A stretch of DNA of 62,000 nt from Malacoraja senta. Its lineage: Eukaryota. Below are positions 1 to 13,900 of this stretch, piece after piece. Made by a program: the position numbers and the translations under genes. Location of the stretch: positions 186,001 through 248,000 of the forward strand of contig CM075993.1 in NCBI GenBank assembly GCA_038087875.1. Direction: 5' to 3'. Numbering within the stretch: the stretch's first letter is position 1; each line of letters opens with the position of its first letter. The notes below the pieces were generated by a model that made no database searches, had not been told where the DNA came from, and saw only the letters and a program-made list of their open reading frames with translations.

Positions 1-170
1 GAGGGGAAAGTGACAACGAGGCATACAATCAGCAAAATTAATCAGGAGGATAATGAAACTCGTCAGAGAACTAGGGGAGGGAGGGACGGAGAGAAGGGGA
101 AAGCAAGGGTTACTTGAAGTGAGAGAAATCAATAGTCATACCGCTGGGTTGTAAGCTGCCCAAGTGAAAT
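1..170 (-). mobile_element. Penelope-like element 3' fragment (degenerate)
   Basis: Reverse complement resembles the ORF end and 3' region of the Penelope copy at 9878-11262 (LGSLQPSGM.IDFS-like). Confidence 0.55.
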
Positions 171-234
171 TCGAATTTCACTGTACCTTAATTAGTACAT
201 GTGACAATAAACTGACCTTAACCTTGAAACCTTG

Positions 235-620
235 AAATACCTCTCCTGGATTTGCTTATATGTGGAAATAATTTCATCTATTTGTACAATTATCACACGT
301 ACAATAATTTCAAAACTTGCCTGTCAGGTTCGCTTTAAATCTTTCCCCTCTCATCTGAAAACTATGTCCTCCAGTTTTAAACTTCTACACCCTTGTATAT
401 AGACTGTGACCATCCATGTATCCATAAGCTGTAAATTGATTGATTGAAATCATATTGTCTTTCTGCTGATTGGTTAGCCGCACCAAACGCTTTTCACTGT
501 ACACATGACAATAAACTAAACTGAACTGAATTTTATAGACCTCTATAAGATCATCCTTCAGCCTCCTTCGCTCCAGGGAAAACAATTCCAATTTATCAGG
601 TCTCTCCTTTTAAGTCAAGC
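235..620 (-). mobile_element. CR1 LINE 3' fragments (degenerate, interrupted)
   Basis: ORF 385-591(-) begins MELFSLERRRLKDDLIEVYKI, the CR1 ORF2 C-terminal motif. Confidence 0.7.
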
Positions 621-1847
621 CCATTCCCAGTAGTTTTGTGTGACTTTTCTGTAGAATGGTATTGTGACAAATTGTATGAATGTGGTATATTTTTGAGAAA
701 AAAATAGACCCAGTTTCCTGTTCTTGTCATTGGCTATCAGCTAACTTGACTGTATGTAAATAAGTATGTGTAACCAGGCACCATTTTAGAGTGCATGAGT
801 CTGGGAATTGAAAACTGTTTAAAGACTGTTTTACCAATGGATAGAATTGAAAATAATGAGAGGTGAGTTTGGAACACCCTGAGGACATTTGTCAGCTTTC
901 TCATAGATTTTAATTGGAAGAAAGCCAGTAAATCTTTTTTTTTTTTGGTAAAACACGGCCATTCCTTTGACCATCAATTCAATTAATGGATAAAGATTGA
1001 TAGATAAGAAATTAAATGAGAAATGTTTAATTGGAGAAAATTGGTCACACAGTGGTCATAACAGTTATGGTATCACAAGTGCTTCGGTTATGACAAATGC
1101 TGCATCCTTATTTTCAAATGTTTTGTTGAACAATAGCATATTAGTTAAAATTGGATAGATTCCTGAATAGTTTGTTCAAGAAAGACATCAATAGTATGTA
1201 TCTCGCCAATGATTACTCCAAGCTTATTACCCAGAACTTGGTTAGCTACCTGCCTCAGTAGAAATGAAATTCTATATTTTACCATCTGGCCTGGACATGG
1301 AGTATAGTGGAAATCAGTCAGATTCAGACATGTCGCTTACTGCCCACGATCCCTGCTGAAGAGCTTATGCAGATGAACTCTGGCATTTTGTCCTTGTAGT
1401 AAAATAACCGACTGATGTTCATTATGATAGCTTTTAAATGAGATATCACTTCTTCTAACTGTGGACCAATTCTCCATTAGGAATTGGTGCTTTAAGGAGA
1501 GGAAATAAAATGTCAGAATTGTATTTGTTACATGTTGTCATTGCTCCTTCAGGAATACAATATTGATCTGACATGCCAATAAAGGTTCTAGTATGGATTA
1601 TGATTCCTTGACGTTTTAATATCTGAATGCTTTATTTTTGTTCAAAATATACTTCAGTCATGATGTTTGTAAATATTTATGGACATTCATGAGACACATA
1701 GTAATAAAAATCCTTTGATTTATAAGGATATCAGTACATTAGCATGAATTTGGTATTTACCCGCCGTACAGTTCAAAAATGTTAAATTCAAAAGGTTTCC
1801 ACAGGAGGTCCAGCCCTTAAGTCTGCACTATTGGCAATCCCCTAGAC

Positions 1848-2000
1848 CAGGGGTGGGCAACCTTGTTCTGCATAGGGGCCGGGACGCATGTCTGTAAGCG
1901 GATGGCAGGCCACATCTATCACGTGTACACATGGGTCCTGCCCCCATCCCGCCCCGGATGATTTCGTGTTACGGGCTGCATTGTAGGTTGCCGAACCCTG
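1848..2000. mobile_element. hAT (Charlie-like) MITE, 153 bp
   Basis: TIRs CAGGGGTGGGCAACC / GGTTGCCGAACCCTG; exact 8-bp TSD CCCTAGAC at 1840-1847 and 2001-2008. Confidence 0.85.
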
Positions 2001-2255
2001 CCCTAGACCATGGTCTCTCCCACAGCGGTCCTGTGGCAGCCTTCAGATCCTCATTTGCAGGCTCCCACTGGATTCTACCAACTGCTACCCTTGAACTGAG
2101 ACTTTCAGACATTTTTGTTGTCTCTGCCAATTAATGTTGCTACCACAAATATCTGATGGTAAACAACTGAAATGAAAAGTTGAATATTCACAAAATGTCA
2201 CTAATTAAAATTTGGTTGCTCGTGCAACCAACATTGTGCCTCTTGCTTTTTACAG

Positions 2256-2357
2256 GCCGACTAAACTGGTGGGCAGTTGTTTGTTCCAGCTGCAAACGTC
2301 TTTTACCATTAGCAACAACAGGAGATGGGAACTGCCTTTTGCACGCAGCTTCTCTAG
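2256..2357 (+). CDS. OTUD7A: OTUD7A internal exon (first in window): [37 protein letters not shown] catalytic Cys
   Basis: tttacag acceptor, GTAACA donor; GDGNC motif; CSSCKR matches OTUD7A (CTSCKR) rather than OTUD7B. Confidence 0.93.
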
Positions 2358-2446
2358 GTAACACATGCCCCACACTACGTTCTGTATATTTTGTTGCATT
2401 TTTTTTTTTTAAGTTTGACTCAAACAAGCTCTTGCTTATGTTAAAG

Positions 2447-2574
2447 GCATGTGGGGTTTCCATGATAGAGACCTGATGCTTCGAAAAGCTCTTTATGCAA
2501 TGATGAAAAATGGCCCAGAAAAAGATGCACTGAAGAGGAGATGGAAGTGGCAGCAAACACAGCAAAATAAGGAG
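2447..2574 (+). CDS. OTUD7A: OTUD7A exon: [43 protein letters not shown]
   Basis: aag acceptor after an 89-bp intron, GTAGAT donor; phase consistent; near-identical to the OTUD7 family. Confidence 0.93.
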
Positions 2575-2831
2575 GTAGATGCACTATCGATATCTCTGTT
2601 GGCTTTCACTTTGTAATGTTAGAAAGAATGTTGTGTGCAACCCCAAACCAGAAAGTTGGCCGTTCACAACCAAAGACATTTCTTCACCCAGACTTCAGTG
2701 AATCATTAGAATTTTCTACTCAAGGAGGCTGTAAGAGGTCACTCATTGAATACATTCAAGACAATGGATTTTTAAGTATTACTAGACCAAGTGGGATCCA
2801 TCGGGTCCCATTCCCTCAACGTGGTGCGGCC

Positions 2832-3506
2832 ACACACACACACACACTCACATACACTCGCGCCACCCCCCACACACGCGCCACCCCCCACACACGCGCC
2901 ACCCCCACACACACGCGCCACCCCCCCCACACACACACACGCACCACCCCCCACACACACACACGCGCCACCCCCCACACACACACGCGCCACCCCCCCA
3001 CACACACGCGCCACCCCCCCACACACACGCGCCACCCCCCCACACACACGCGCCACCCCCCACACACACGCGCCACCCCCCCACACACTCGCGCCACCCC
3101 CCCACACACACAGACGCGCCACCCCCCCCACACACACAGACTCGCCACCCCCCCCACACACGCGCCACCCCCGCCACACACACACACACACACACACGCG
3201 CCACCCCCACACACGCGCCACCCCCACACACGCGCCACCCCCACACACGCGCCACCCCCACACACGCGCCACCCCCCACACACGCGCCACCCCCCACACA
3301 CGCGCCACCCCCCACACACGCGCCACCCCCCACACACGCGCCACCCCCCCACACACACACGCGCCACCCCCCCACACACACGCGCCACCCCCCCACACAC
3401 TCGCGCCACCCCCCCACACACACGCGCCAACCCCCCACACACACATGCGCCACCCCCCCACACACACACACGCGCCACCCCCCACACACACACACGCGCC
3501 ATCCCC

Positions 3507-3548
<42 letters not shown>

Positions 3549-3551
3549 ACC

Positions 3552-3582
<31 letters not shown>
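2832..3582. repeat. (CA)n-derived minisatellite, unit ~CACACACGCGCCACCCCCC
   Basis: Visible tandem array; explains the spurious TPHTRA / VCGG ORFs. Confidence 0.95.
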
Positions 3583-3584
<2 letters not shown>

Positions 3585-3910
3585 GTCAAGTCACATTTAT
3601 TTATATAGCACATTTAAAAAACAACTCTAGTTGGCCAAAGTGCTTTACATTTGTTATAAGAATAATATAAACAAACAAACTACATACATATATACATATA
3701 GCCCTCGCTCAGAGGACGTCAAGAAAGGCTTGGGAGTATAGATACGTTTTTAGTCTTGACTTAAAAGGAGTCGATGGAGGGGGCAGTTCTGATGGGAAGG
3801 GGGATGCTGTTCCACAGTCTAGGAGCTGCAACTGCAAAGGCGCGGTCGCCCCTGAGCTTATGCCTAGACCGTGGGATATTCAGCAACCCCAAGTCAGCCG
3901 ATCTGAGGGA
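3583..3910 (-). mobile_element. L2-clade LINE 3' end
   Basis: Minus-strand peptide ADLGLLNIPRSRHKLRGDRAFAVAAPRLWNSIPLPIR (L2 ORF2 C-terminus); AATAAA and (CTTGA)n tail. Confidence 0.8.
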
Positions 3911-4039
3911 CACACACACCACTCCCCCCCCCCTCCCCCACACCCACACACTAACTATCCCCCACACACTAACCCCATACACTAAACTAGATTGGCAGGG
4001 AGGTAGGATCCTATACAGCACCATGGCAGGTGGGAGGCT

Positions 4040-4510
4040 GGAATTTGGTATGGAGGGTGACGAGAGAAAGTTTAGAAAGAAAGAATAGGCAGGAGAAAGG
4101 AGCAAGGAAGGACTGTTGGTTTAAATCGCGCTTATTTTAATACAAGAGGCCTGACGGGTATGGCAGATGTACTTGGGGCAATGATTGGTATGTGCGACTG
4201 GGATATTTTAGCCATTACAGAAACCTGGTTAAACCAACCAACATATCTTACTCATCTGGATCAGTCTACCTTGAGGAACTTTCAGCAATGCTTCACTAAA
4301 ATTCATGTTGACGGCATCCGCTGCCCTACCCTTATTGATCACTTTCATCACCTCAAAATACTGAATCAAGTTAGGTAACCTGCCCCTGACGAAACCATGC
4401 TGACTATCCCTAATTATTATATTTTCTTCCAAATGCGAGTAAATCTTATTAGTTTCCTTACGACTGACATGAGGCTCACTGGTCTTTGATTTCCTAGATT
4501 ATTTTTGCTT
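4040..4510. mobile_element. CR1 fragments (endonuclease part on +, RT part on -)
   Basis: WDILAITETWL (APE domain) on +; IRDSQHGFVRGR on -. Confidence 0.65.
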
Positions 4511-5100
4511 CTCATTAGGATTAGGGTGTAAACAAAGTTAGTTATTGCTGTTTCCCACAAGTGGAGGGATGCTCTCTCGAAGGGAGTTGCAGTTATAGCT
4601 CTAAAACTATGTCCACACCATGACTTGACTTATGTCCAGTCTACTAATGTGTTAATGGCCACCCAGACAGACAGGAATCAGAGCACTCACGACAGCAATA
4701 TAAACTGTGGCCCAAACTGTGCTAGGTGTTAAGCAAGCATGGATTTTATTGTATGGCTGAGTTCTTAGCCAAATTCTACAAGATCTTAAGATTGCTGGCC
4801 TTTGTCCACTCAATACATACATTGCATAAAGTGTCAGATTTTCCATGGGTACATCGTGTGTGTACCTTCTACTGTAATAACACAGTCTTGCACGAGTTGC
4901 TTCAGTGGTCTCTGCAATGTCTCTTTCCCACATCAATTGAATGGACGGTGCTAATAGTGGTTCTTTGTAACTTTCAACATGGGATATAATATATCTGTTA
5001 TTATTGCTTTTCTAAGAACTTGAAATTTGAATTTTGTAAATATCTTTAAAACGTGGCATCAAATTTGAATGAACTGATTATATCTCATTTGACAATCTAG

Positions 5101-5213
5101 TCTGGTTTAGTTTACACTGAAGAGGAATGGGAGCGAGAGTGGAATGAGCTACTTAAACTTGCTTCCAGTGAGCCCCGAACACACTACAGTAAGAGTACAG
5201 GCACCTGTGGGGG
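5101..5213 (+). CDS. OTUD7A: OTUD7A exon: [37 protein letters not shown]
   Basis: ctag acceptor, GTAAGT donor; [19 protein letters not shown] is OTUD7A-type. Confidence 0.93.
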
Positions 5214-5404
5214 GTAAGTGGGCTGTTTTGATAGCTTTGTGTTCATACTAGTTTAAGCATGTATGTGGTTGCAATGTTCCAAATATTGTTACTTCTTAAC
5301 CCAATTAATGATCCTTTTTATTTCAAATCCTTTGTTCAAATATAGGGAACCAAAACATTTTATTATGGTCAATCTTTTTACAATGGCATTAATTGTAATT
5401 GTAA

Positions 5405-5825
5405 TTTCCCCCCTCCCCTCACTATCTCCCCCCCCCCCTACTATCTTCCCCCCCCCCCCCCCCTATCTTCTCCCCCCCCCCCCCCCTCCACCTCTTGCCA
5501 CTTTCCTCTCTTTGGCTTTACATTTCTTCAAATCTGTCTCACACCTTCCTTTCTTCCTTCCTTTCTTATCTCTGACCTTTGTTTTAACCATCTGCCAATC
5601 AACCCCCCCCCCCCCCCCCCGCCTGTGCCGACCTTTCACCTGCCACGTTTTGTCCTGCCTCTTTTCCAATTTTCTTCTCACCCCCCCAAAATCAGTCTGA
5701 GGAAAGGTCTCAAACCAAAACGTCACCTATCCATGTTCTCATGAGACGCTGCCTGGCCCGCTGAGTTAATCTAGCAATTTGTGTCCTTTTGTGTATTAAC
5801 CAGCATCTGCAGTTCTTTGTTTCTA
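5405..5825 (+). mobile_element. Penelope-derived 3' repeat with degenerate hammerhead motif
   Basis: C-rich tract, then CAGTCTGAGGAAAGG...AAAACGTCACC...GCTGAGTT...CAGCATCTGCAGTT. Confidence 0.7.
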
Positions 5826-6605
5826 CAAAGAGAGATACAGCTTAACTCCTCTCTTTTTCTGTATCTGACTATCTAATACAGAGTTGATTTGGATTGTTTG
5901 TATAACAGGAATGATTAGATTCTACTAAAGGAAGATCCAGAACCTTGATATTTCCTTGATTAGTGCATCAGCATTTAACATGACTAGCAGATCCTCAGGT
6001 TGGTGATGCTGCCAGCTCACAGCCCCAGCGTCCAGGGTCCACAGTGACCTTGGCTCTCTGTGGAATGTGTGAGTTCACCTGTTGACACGGTGCTTGGGTG
6101 CTCTGGTCGTGTCAAACCTTGTGCTGGTGGGTTACTTGTTGGGTGTGAGAATGAATGAGTTGCAGCAGAATAGGGCTGATGGAAATGGTGTGCTGTGAAC
6201 CAGTATAAAACCAGCCAGTCAAATGGCAGCCTTGTGTGTCGTATGAAATACTGTAGGTAGGGGACCACCTGTTAGCTAAGTAAAAACTACGTGTATAATC
6301 TCCTTGATATCACACGCCTGTTCACTCATTGAAGCTTACCTTCCTGTTCTTCTTTGTAAGATTACAACCTACCTCAAAATTTAACTCGGGGTAAAATCTT
6401 ATTTTAGTTTACTTAGTTTAATACACCACACATTATGTTCTGGTAAAATGTCAAGGAATATTAGCTGGAACAAGTGTATAAAAATTGGTGCATTATTAGT
6501 GAAGTTTTGGTGTTCCCCGTTTCCTCCCACAATTTGTGACAGGTACACTTGAATATTCTTGAGGTGAGGTTGTGGAAGGCAATTGGAGGTTGAGCTGCCC
6601 CAGAT

Positions 6606-7250
6606 CACACTCTCTCTCTATCTCCCTGGACCACACTCTGTCTATCTCCCTGGACCACACTCTCTCTATCTCTCTGGACCACACTCTCTCTATCTCCCTG
6701 GACCACACTCTCTCTAACTCCGTGCACCACACTCCCTCTATCTCACTGGGCCACACTCTCTCTATCTCTCTGGACCACACTCTCTCTATCTCTCTGGACC
6801 ACACTCTCTCCTCTATCTCTCTGGACCACACTCTCTCCTCTATCTCTCTGGGCCACACTCTCTCCTCTATCTCTCTGGACCACACTCTCTCCTCTATCTC
6901 TCTGGACCACACTCTCTCCTCTATCTCTCTGGACCACACTCCTCTATCTCTCTGGGCCACACTCTCTCCTCTATCTCTCTGGACCACACTCCCTCTATCT
7001 CCCTGGACCACACTCTCTCTATCTCTCTGGACCACACTCCTCTATCTCTCTGAACCACACTCTCTCCTCTATCTCTCTGGACCACACTCTCTCCTCTATA
7101 TCTCTGGACCACACTCTCCTCTATCTCTCTGGACCACACTCTCTCCTCTATCTCTCTGGACCACACTCTCTCCTCTATCTCTCTGGACCACACTTTATTT
7201 CCCTGGACCACACTCTCTCTATCTCCCTGGACCACACTTCATCCTCTATT
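6606..7250. repeat. Minisatellite, 24-27 bp unit GGACCACACTCTCTCCTCTATCTCTCT
   Basis: Visible tandem array. Confidence 0.95.
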
Positions 7251-7962
7251 TGCCCAGGACTGCACTTCCTTGTTGTTCTGCACCTTAGGGTTGAGTAGCA
7301 CAAATGCTTTTGGTCAGGTTGCCTTACTTTCTTTCTACCTGCTAGATGTTGAGAGAGGGATGGGAGGCAAAAGAAAAGAGCTGCCGGATTGAGAAATCTC
7401 ACCTTCAGGATGGAAGGAGCTTCAGCTGGGTATGCCAGTACTTCATATCAACTTAAAGCACGCTACTCTGACAAGGATATACAGGTTCTGACACCACTCA
7501 GGTGTACAGGTTTGTTTTATTAAGTATCTTTTATGTAGAGGTTTAGTGCTACTAGACATAGTATTCATTTCAAGGCCTGGCCCTGGGTCAGAGAATTATT
7601 TAATTGCATTTTTTACATATAATATTTGAAACTGCCTGCTATTAGTACAGATTGCTTGTAGAAAAATAGTTGTTTTAAAATGTGTTGTGCATTAGGTGGA
7701 GTATTAGGTTGGTGCTGTCTACTTACCTCTGGGATTGGTTTCAAACCCTGCTCAGTTCCATAAGAAGCAAAATTACCTCTATTCCAGCTGCAAAGGTTCT
7801 GTGTGAAATGACGTTGAGCTGTCCCAAAGCATATCCTCATAAATACAGATCGACCATGTAACAGTGAACAAGAATGGAGATGTGGGAAATAAGATAGGAT
7901 GGTACAGGGTTGATTGAGAGGATTTGCTTGAGTCCCCTTGCATCTAGCTGTAACACGTGTAA

Positions 7963-8244
<282 letters not shown>

Positions 8245-8384
8245 TAGTCTGACTTTATTCTCACCACAATAGAGTTGTTTCTGTTTTATTTGTTCAGTCA
8301 TTTTTTCTGGTAACAGTGTTCCTGGAGGCAGCTCTGAGAAAGGATACAGGTCCCCACATTCTATCTTCGTCCCTCCCCTGACAT

Positions 8385-8478
8385 CAGTCTGAAGAAGGGT
8401 CTCGACCTGAAACGTCGCCAACTCCTTCTCTCCATAGATGCTGCCTTACCCGCTGAGTTACTCCAGCATTTTGTGTCT
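8385..8478 (+). mobile_element. Short Penelope-derived repeat with hammerhead core (CTGAAGA...GAAACGTC)
   Basis: CAGTCTGAAGAAGGGTCTCGACCTGAAACGTCGCC...GATGCTGCC...GCTGAGTTACTCCAGCA; a second copy at ~8809-8900. Confidence 0.8.
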
Positions 8479-9360
8479 GGCCTGCTTTGTCATCAAGCAT
8501 CTGCTCTATTAAAGCCTGACATTTAAAGCATCTTTTCAAAGGAAACAATAATGTGAACGATTAAAGAATGTTAACATTAGATGAGCTGAAGTGCAACGTT
8601 GGAATTTAGCACAGATTCAATCATTTTGCGACTAATCTAATCTGTACATGGATCTGGAGTTGGAGGATTAAGGCAATGATATGCAGCAGGATACATGGAA
8701 TGGGAATCAGTCCTTACTGTCTGGTATGTTGTGGACATTCCTATTAACGCTGTAAAGCTGCCTAAAGCTAGATTTTCATTGGTAGAAGATTGCCGGTGCA
8801 TCGCAGCCCAGTCTGAAGAAGGCTCTTAACCCGAAACATCACCCGTTCCTCCTCTGCTGAGATGCTGCCTGTCCCGTTGAGTTACTCCAGCATTTTGTCT
8901 AACTTCGCTTGAATTTCATTATTTTATTCCCAGTGAATAATGACAATTAAACACACCTGAATATTGCACTGCTGTTTTACTTGGATTTTAAACTATATGA
9001 TCTGTAAACTGTGTTAGAACTATAGAAACTATCAAAACCAATATAACTCAAGCCAATTATTTTAAACGTTCTTAATTTAAAACCACTTTAGGCACAGAGA
9101 CCAAAGCAGTCACTTAAAACCGGAATGCCTGCACTTCAGTGGTTTAGAAATCATTATCTCAATATAATATTATGGACTCTTTCCAGCTTTCAAATGGCAC
9201 TTTAGGCTTCTGTTATGGAATGCAGCAAATGATGTTATAATTTGAAGTAGAAAGACTACCTAAACATCACTAGAAAATGGGTACAGGCCAATCAAGAATG
9301 TCGTGAACGTTTCAGTGATGTCATTCATTAGAGTATTGTGAAGAACTGTTTACTGGTTGA

Positions 9361-9801
<441 letters not shown>

Positions 9802-9877
9802 TAACTATGCACAAGGAATATAAACAGTGGTCATTCATTCACTCACATTTGCTCAAACATGCAATGAGAATATGGCT

Positions 9878-11262
9878 TCTCGTTTCACTCCTCCCATTTC
9901 CTCCAAATACAAGGCGTAGCTATGGGCACACGCATGGGCCCCAGCTACGCCTACCTCTTTGTCGGGTACGTAGAACAATCCTTGTTCAATACGTACCAGG
10001 GCCCCATCCCCGACCTCTACCTCCGCTACATCGACGACTGCTTTGGTGCCACCTCCTGCACCCACACACAATTGACTGACTTCATCCGCTTCACCACCAA
10101 CTTCCATCCGGCACTCAAATACACCTGGACTATTTCCAACACTTCCCTACCATTCCTTGACCTCACTATCTCCATCGCAGGTGATAGACGTCTTACCGAC
10201 ATCCACTATAAACCTACTGACTCCCATGGCTATCTGGACTACACTTCTTCCCACCCTGCTTCCCGTAAGGACTCCATCCCCTACTCACAATTCCTCTGTC
10301 TACGCCGCATCTGCTCCCAGGATGAGGCGTTCCACACCAGGGCATCCGAAATGTCCTCATTCTTCAGGGAACGGGGGTTCCCCTCCTCCACCATAGATGA
10401 GGCTTGCACCAGGGTCTCTGCCAAACCCCGCAACACTGCTCTCTCTCCCCATCCCCCCACTCACAACAAGTGCAGAGTTCCCCTAGTCCTCACATTTCAC
10501 CCCACCAGCCGTCACATACAACAAGTAATCCTCCGTCAGTTTCGTCACCTCCAACGTGACCCCACCACTCGCCACATCTTCCCATCTCCCCCCATGTCTG
10601 CCTTCCGCAAAGACCGCTCCCTCCGTAACTCCCTTGTCAATTCTTCCCTTCCCTCCCGTACCACCCCCTCCCTGGGCACTTTCCCTTGCAACCGCAAGAG
10701 ATGCAACACTTGTCCCTTCACCTCCCCCCTCGCCTCCATTCAAGGACCCAAGCAGTCGTTCCAGGTGCGACAGAGGTTCACCTGCATCTCCTCCGACCTC
10801 ATCTATTGTATCCGCTGCTCTAGATGTCAGCTGATCTACATCGGTGAGACCAAGCGGAGGCTTGGCGATCGTTTCGCCGAATACCTCCGTTCGGTCTGCA
10901 ATAACCAACCTGACCTCCCGGTGGCTCAGCACTTCAACTCCCCCTCCCATTCCGTATCCGACCTCTCTGTCCTGGGTCTCCTTCATGGCCAGAGCGAGCA
11001 ACACTGGAAAATGGGTAGTCTGCATCCTGGGGGCATGAACATTGAATTCTCCCAATTTTGCTAGCCCTTGCTGACTCCTCCCCTTCCTCAGCCCTCGGGC
11101 TGTCTCCCAGCCCTCGGGCTCCTCCTCCACCTTTTTTCTTTTCCTTTCTTCTCCCCACCCCCCATCAGTCTGAAGAAGGGTTTCGGCCCGAAACGTTGCC
11201 TATTTCCTTCGCTCCATAGATGCTGCTGCACCCGCTGAGTTTCTCCAGCAATTTTGTGTACC
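9878..11262 (+). mobile_element. 5'-truncated Penelope-like retroelement (Neptune type): RT C-terminal half, Cys linker, GIY-YIG endonuclease, 3' hammerhead
   Basis: ORF 9922-11064: GVAMGTRMGP, YLRYIDD, CNRKRCNTC, IYCIRC..C.LIYIGET; 14-bp TSD ATG(A/T)GAATATGGCT at 9864-9877 and 11263-11276. Confidence 0.92.
11166..11200 (+). ncRNA. Minimal type I hammerhead ribozyme motif in the Penelope 3' terminal repeat
   Basis: CTGAAGA (11170-11176), extra A, stem II GGGT-TTCG-GCCC, GAAA (11190-11193), palindromic ACGT in place of stem III, GTH site. Confidence 0.7.
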
Positions 11263-13244
11263 ATGTGAATATGGCTGATGGTTAATCAACAACATGTTTC
11301 AGCATTTCATGTCCTTTAATATTCAAATATCACTCATTCCACTTATTGAATGTACTCAGCAAGAACATTTCACAATCCTGTTGAGTGAATCTCACTCTCT
11401 GGGTAAAGAGATTCCCTCAATTCTGTCCTGAGTGGTTAACCCTTATTTTGAGACTGACCACTAGTTTTCAACACCACAGCCAGAGAAATATCATCCCTGC
11501 ATCGAACCTGTGAGCCACCTGAGATGCGTGTATGTTTTAATATGATCACCTCTCATTCTCATAACCCCAGGATGATAGACGTCTGCTTAGTCTCTTCTCA
11601 AAGGCTGAATCGCCTATCCCAGAGTGCTACTTCACTTAAGTCATGTATTATAATGATTTTTTTATCTGTGAATACATGTGGAGAAAGGTCAGCTCATGAC
11701 TTTGCGTTCCCACCGTTGCAGTTTAATTTATATTTACTGAGAGACATTCTTGCCTCTCAATCAAATGGAGCAAATGGTGAGAACTGAAAGCACAATAGGC
11801 ACGTTGCTGAGAAAAGATGCGTGTGAGAACTGGCAATATGTGTGTTGGATGGAGAGGAAATTGTGCTTCAACTTCAAGGTCTCAAATAGATAAGCACGTC
11901 ATAGTTCTATACAGGAAGCTGTATGATTTACTAACAGGTATTGCAACAAACTAATAAGTAATGTAAACAAGAACATAAAAAATCTTTAAAACAGTGGATA
12001 GTGCTTTCTGCTGCATTCTGGATCTGTGCTACTGTCCTTAAACCCAAGCAAGATATTCCCAGAAATGCTAACATATGAAAGTTATTGGAGCTGAGCCCGT
12101 CGGTTTCTCCATCCCGTGGCTGATGGTGGTTTCGCCCTCATATCCAGCATTCCCAGTTTGCTTCAACACTCTGCTGTTCCTGTTATCTGGTCCACTCCAT
12201 GCTGCATTAGGTTGATCCTGTCCTGCTAATAATTCAACAATTGTTTCCTTGGGATTTTTTCTGGACATTTAGAGCATATGGTTAATGTTGTCTGAGCCGA
12301 GACAATCAGTTTGGATTATTCCATACCATGGGTGCCTGACAAGGTGATGTTTTAGAAAGCTAATTGATTCGGGTAGTCTGGAGGGGGAGATAATGTTGGT
12401 GTATGTAGCGATGTAAATGGCAGTGCAAAGCAGAGGTGGGACCGATCACTGGATATGTTTAGGGGTTTAAAGTGGAGTGTTCCTAGAGTCACCAGTGTGA
12501 AGATGCTGGGTCCTGCACCGAGATCCAGACAGAGATGAGGGGAAATCGGATCTTGAAATCGAGCTCAGAGCTTTGGAAGCCCAGGTGTGTGTTTCAGATT
12601 TTATATGATGATCTTTTATGTCTTTTCGTAACTAAAGATGCATCAAACCTCTTGATTTGGTATCATATTCTTTTGCTGTTTTGGTGGCTGACGAGATCAT
12701 CTGACTGTTTATGGAGGTGATTGAATACGAGCGTTTGTGTGTTATGAGGAAATGATCTATGGTGTTGACAACAAATTTAATTATAAAACAAAGTATTTGT
12801 GCCTGTAAGTCTGAAAAATCTAATCCAATGAAAATTTCAGTAGAGCTAAGGAAATATCAGAGCCCCACCCACAGTTTATCATTGTTTTAGGACGATGTGG
12901 TTATTGCCATCTGCTGGTGTACTTTATGTAACATTTCATTTGTGTTTTATATGCTCGCAAATCAGAAATTTAATTGAACCATTTATCATTACTTATTAAA
13001 GAGAAATGAATGCATCAGTCTAAAAAACAGCATTTCGAACTTACATTAGTGGATTAAAGTTTATTCCATCTTCAGAAGCATAGCTGCAAATTGCTGTTGA
13101 GGGGCAGATGTGGTGCATTTAGTGATATCTGAGACATTGTAAAAAAAAGGATGGCGAAAACATCACAGCAGTACTTGCAGAGGATATTTTGGGGGTAACA
13201 TCCAGGAAGGCGACAAGGGTGGAATTTAGAAATGAGAAGGGAAT

Positions 13245-13388
13245 TGTTATATTCCGGACAGCAGAATGAATAACTACTTACACGCAGGTTGCCTGGATCA
13301 CGAGAGAGAGTTTTATTACCCAACATTCCCTGCTTATATACAACACCAACTTATTAACATATACATGAATATGTATGAATACATTACA
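13245..13388 (-). repeat. Putative 3' LTR (144 bp) of the Gypsy element
   Basis: On -: polypurine tract AAAAAAAAGGAGAGCAG, then TGTAAT...TATATAAG...AATAAA...ATAACA (TG..CA, imperfect terminal inverted repeat). Confidence 0.6.
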
Positions 13389-13568
13389 CTGCTCTCCTTT
13401 TTTTTAAGTATTAAATCTAAGTACTCTGTTACAATTTTGTTGTTGTGATACTTGATTTAAGCAGTATTTATGAAATCTTAAATGATAAACATAACATTTA
13501 TTTTACATTTTAACACATTTTCGTTTTACTTATACAATGAGTTACTTAACTTACAAACCTAATCTGAC

Positions 13569-13752
13569 GGTACACAAAAATGCTGGAGAAACTCAGCGGG
13601 TGCAGCAGCATCTATGGAGCGAAGGAAATAGGTAACGTTTCGGCCCGAAACGTTACCTATTTCCTTCGCTCCATAGATGCTGCTGCACCCGCTGAGTTTC
13701 TCCAGCATTTTTGTGTACCTTCGATTTTCCAGCATCTGCAGTTCCTTCTTTA
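13569..13752. mobile_element. Fold-back Penelope-derived insertion with perfect 75-bp inverted arms
   Basis: Arms 13569-13643 and 13645-13719 are exact reverse complements; 14-bp TSD AAACCTAATCTGAC at 13555-13568 and 13753-13766. Confidence 0.9.
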
Positions 13753-13900
13753 AAACCTAATCTGACTACTGGTTTACAGATCCTGCCTGATTGTCCAACA
13801 GTAACAGGTGTAACAGGTTTAGGTGTTGACTCAACTGTTGGCTTGTTTGGCTCTGTTTTAGCACCCTGACTTTGACCAGAGGAATCTGTTTCATTGTCTG

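Noticed and set aside
2616..3630. Long ORFs (244-330 aa) in several frames
   Set aside because: Translations of a CA/CG minisatellite that lacks stop codons
6496..7288. Repetitive ORFs (WSREIE, SLDHTL) and similar ones at 47214-48627 and 49488-49832
   Set aside because: Minisatellite translations with no coding evidence
9922..11064. 380-aa RT/GIY-YIG ORF as a domesticated host gene
   Set aside because: 5'-truncated inside the RT domain, flanked by a TSD, with a short C-terminal deletion; an ordinary recent Penelope insertion
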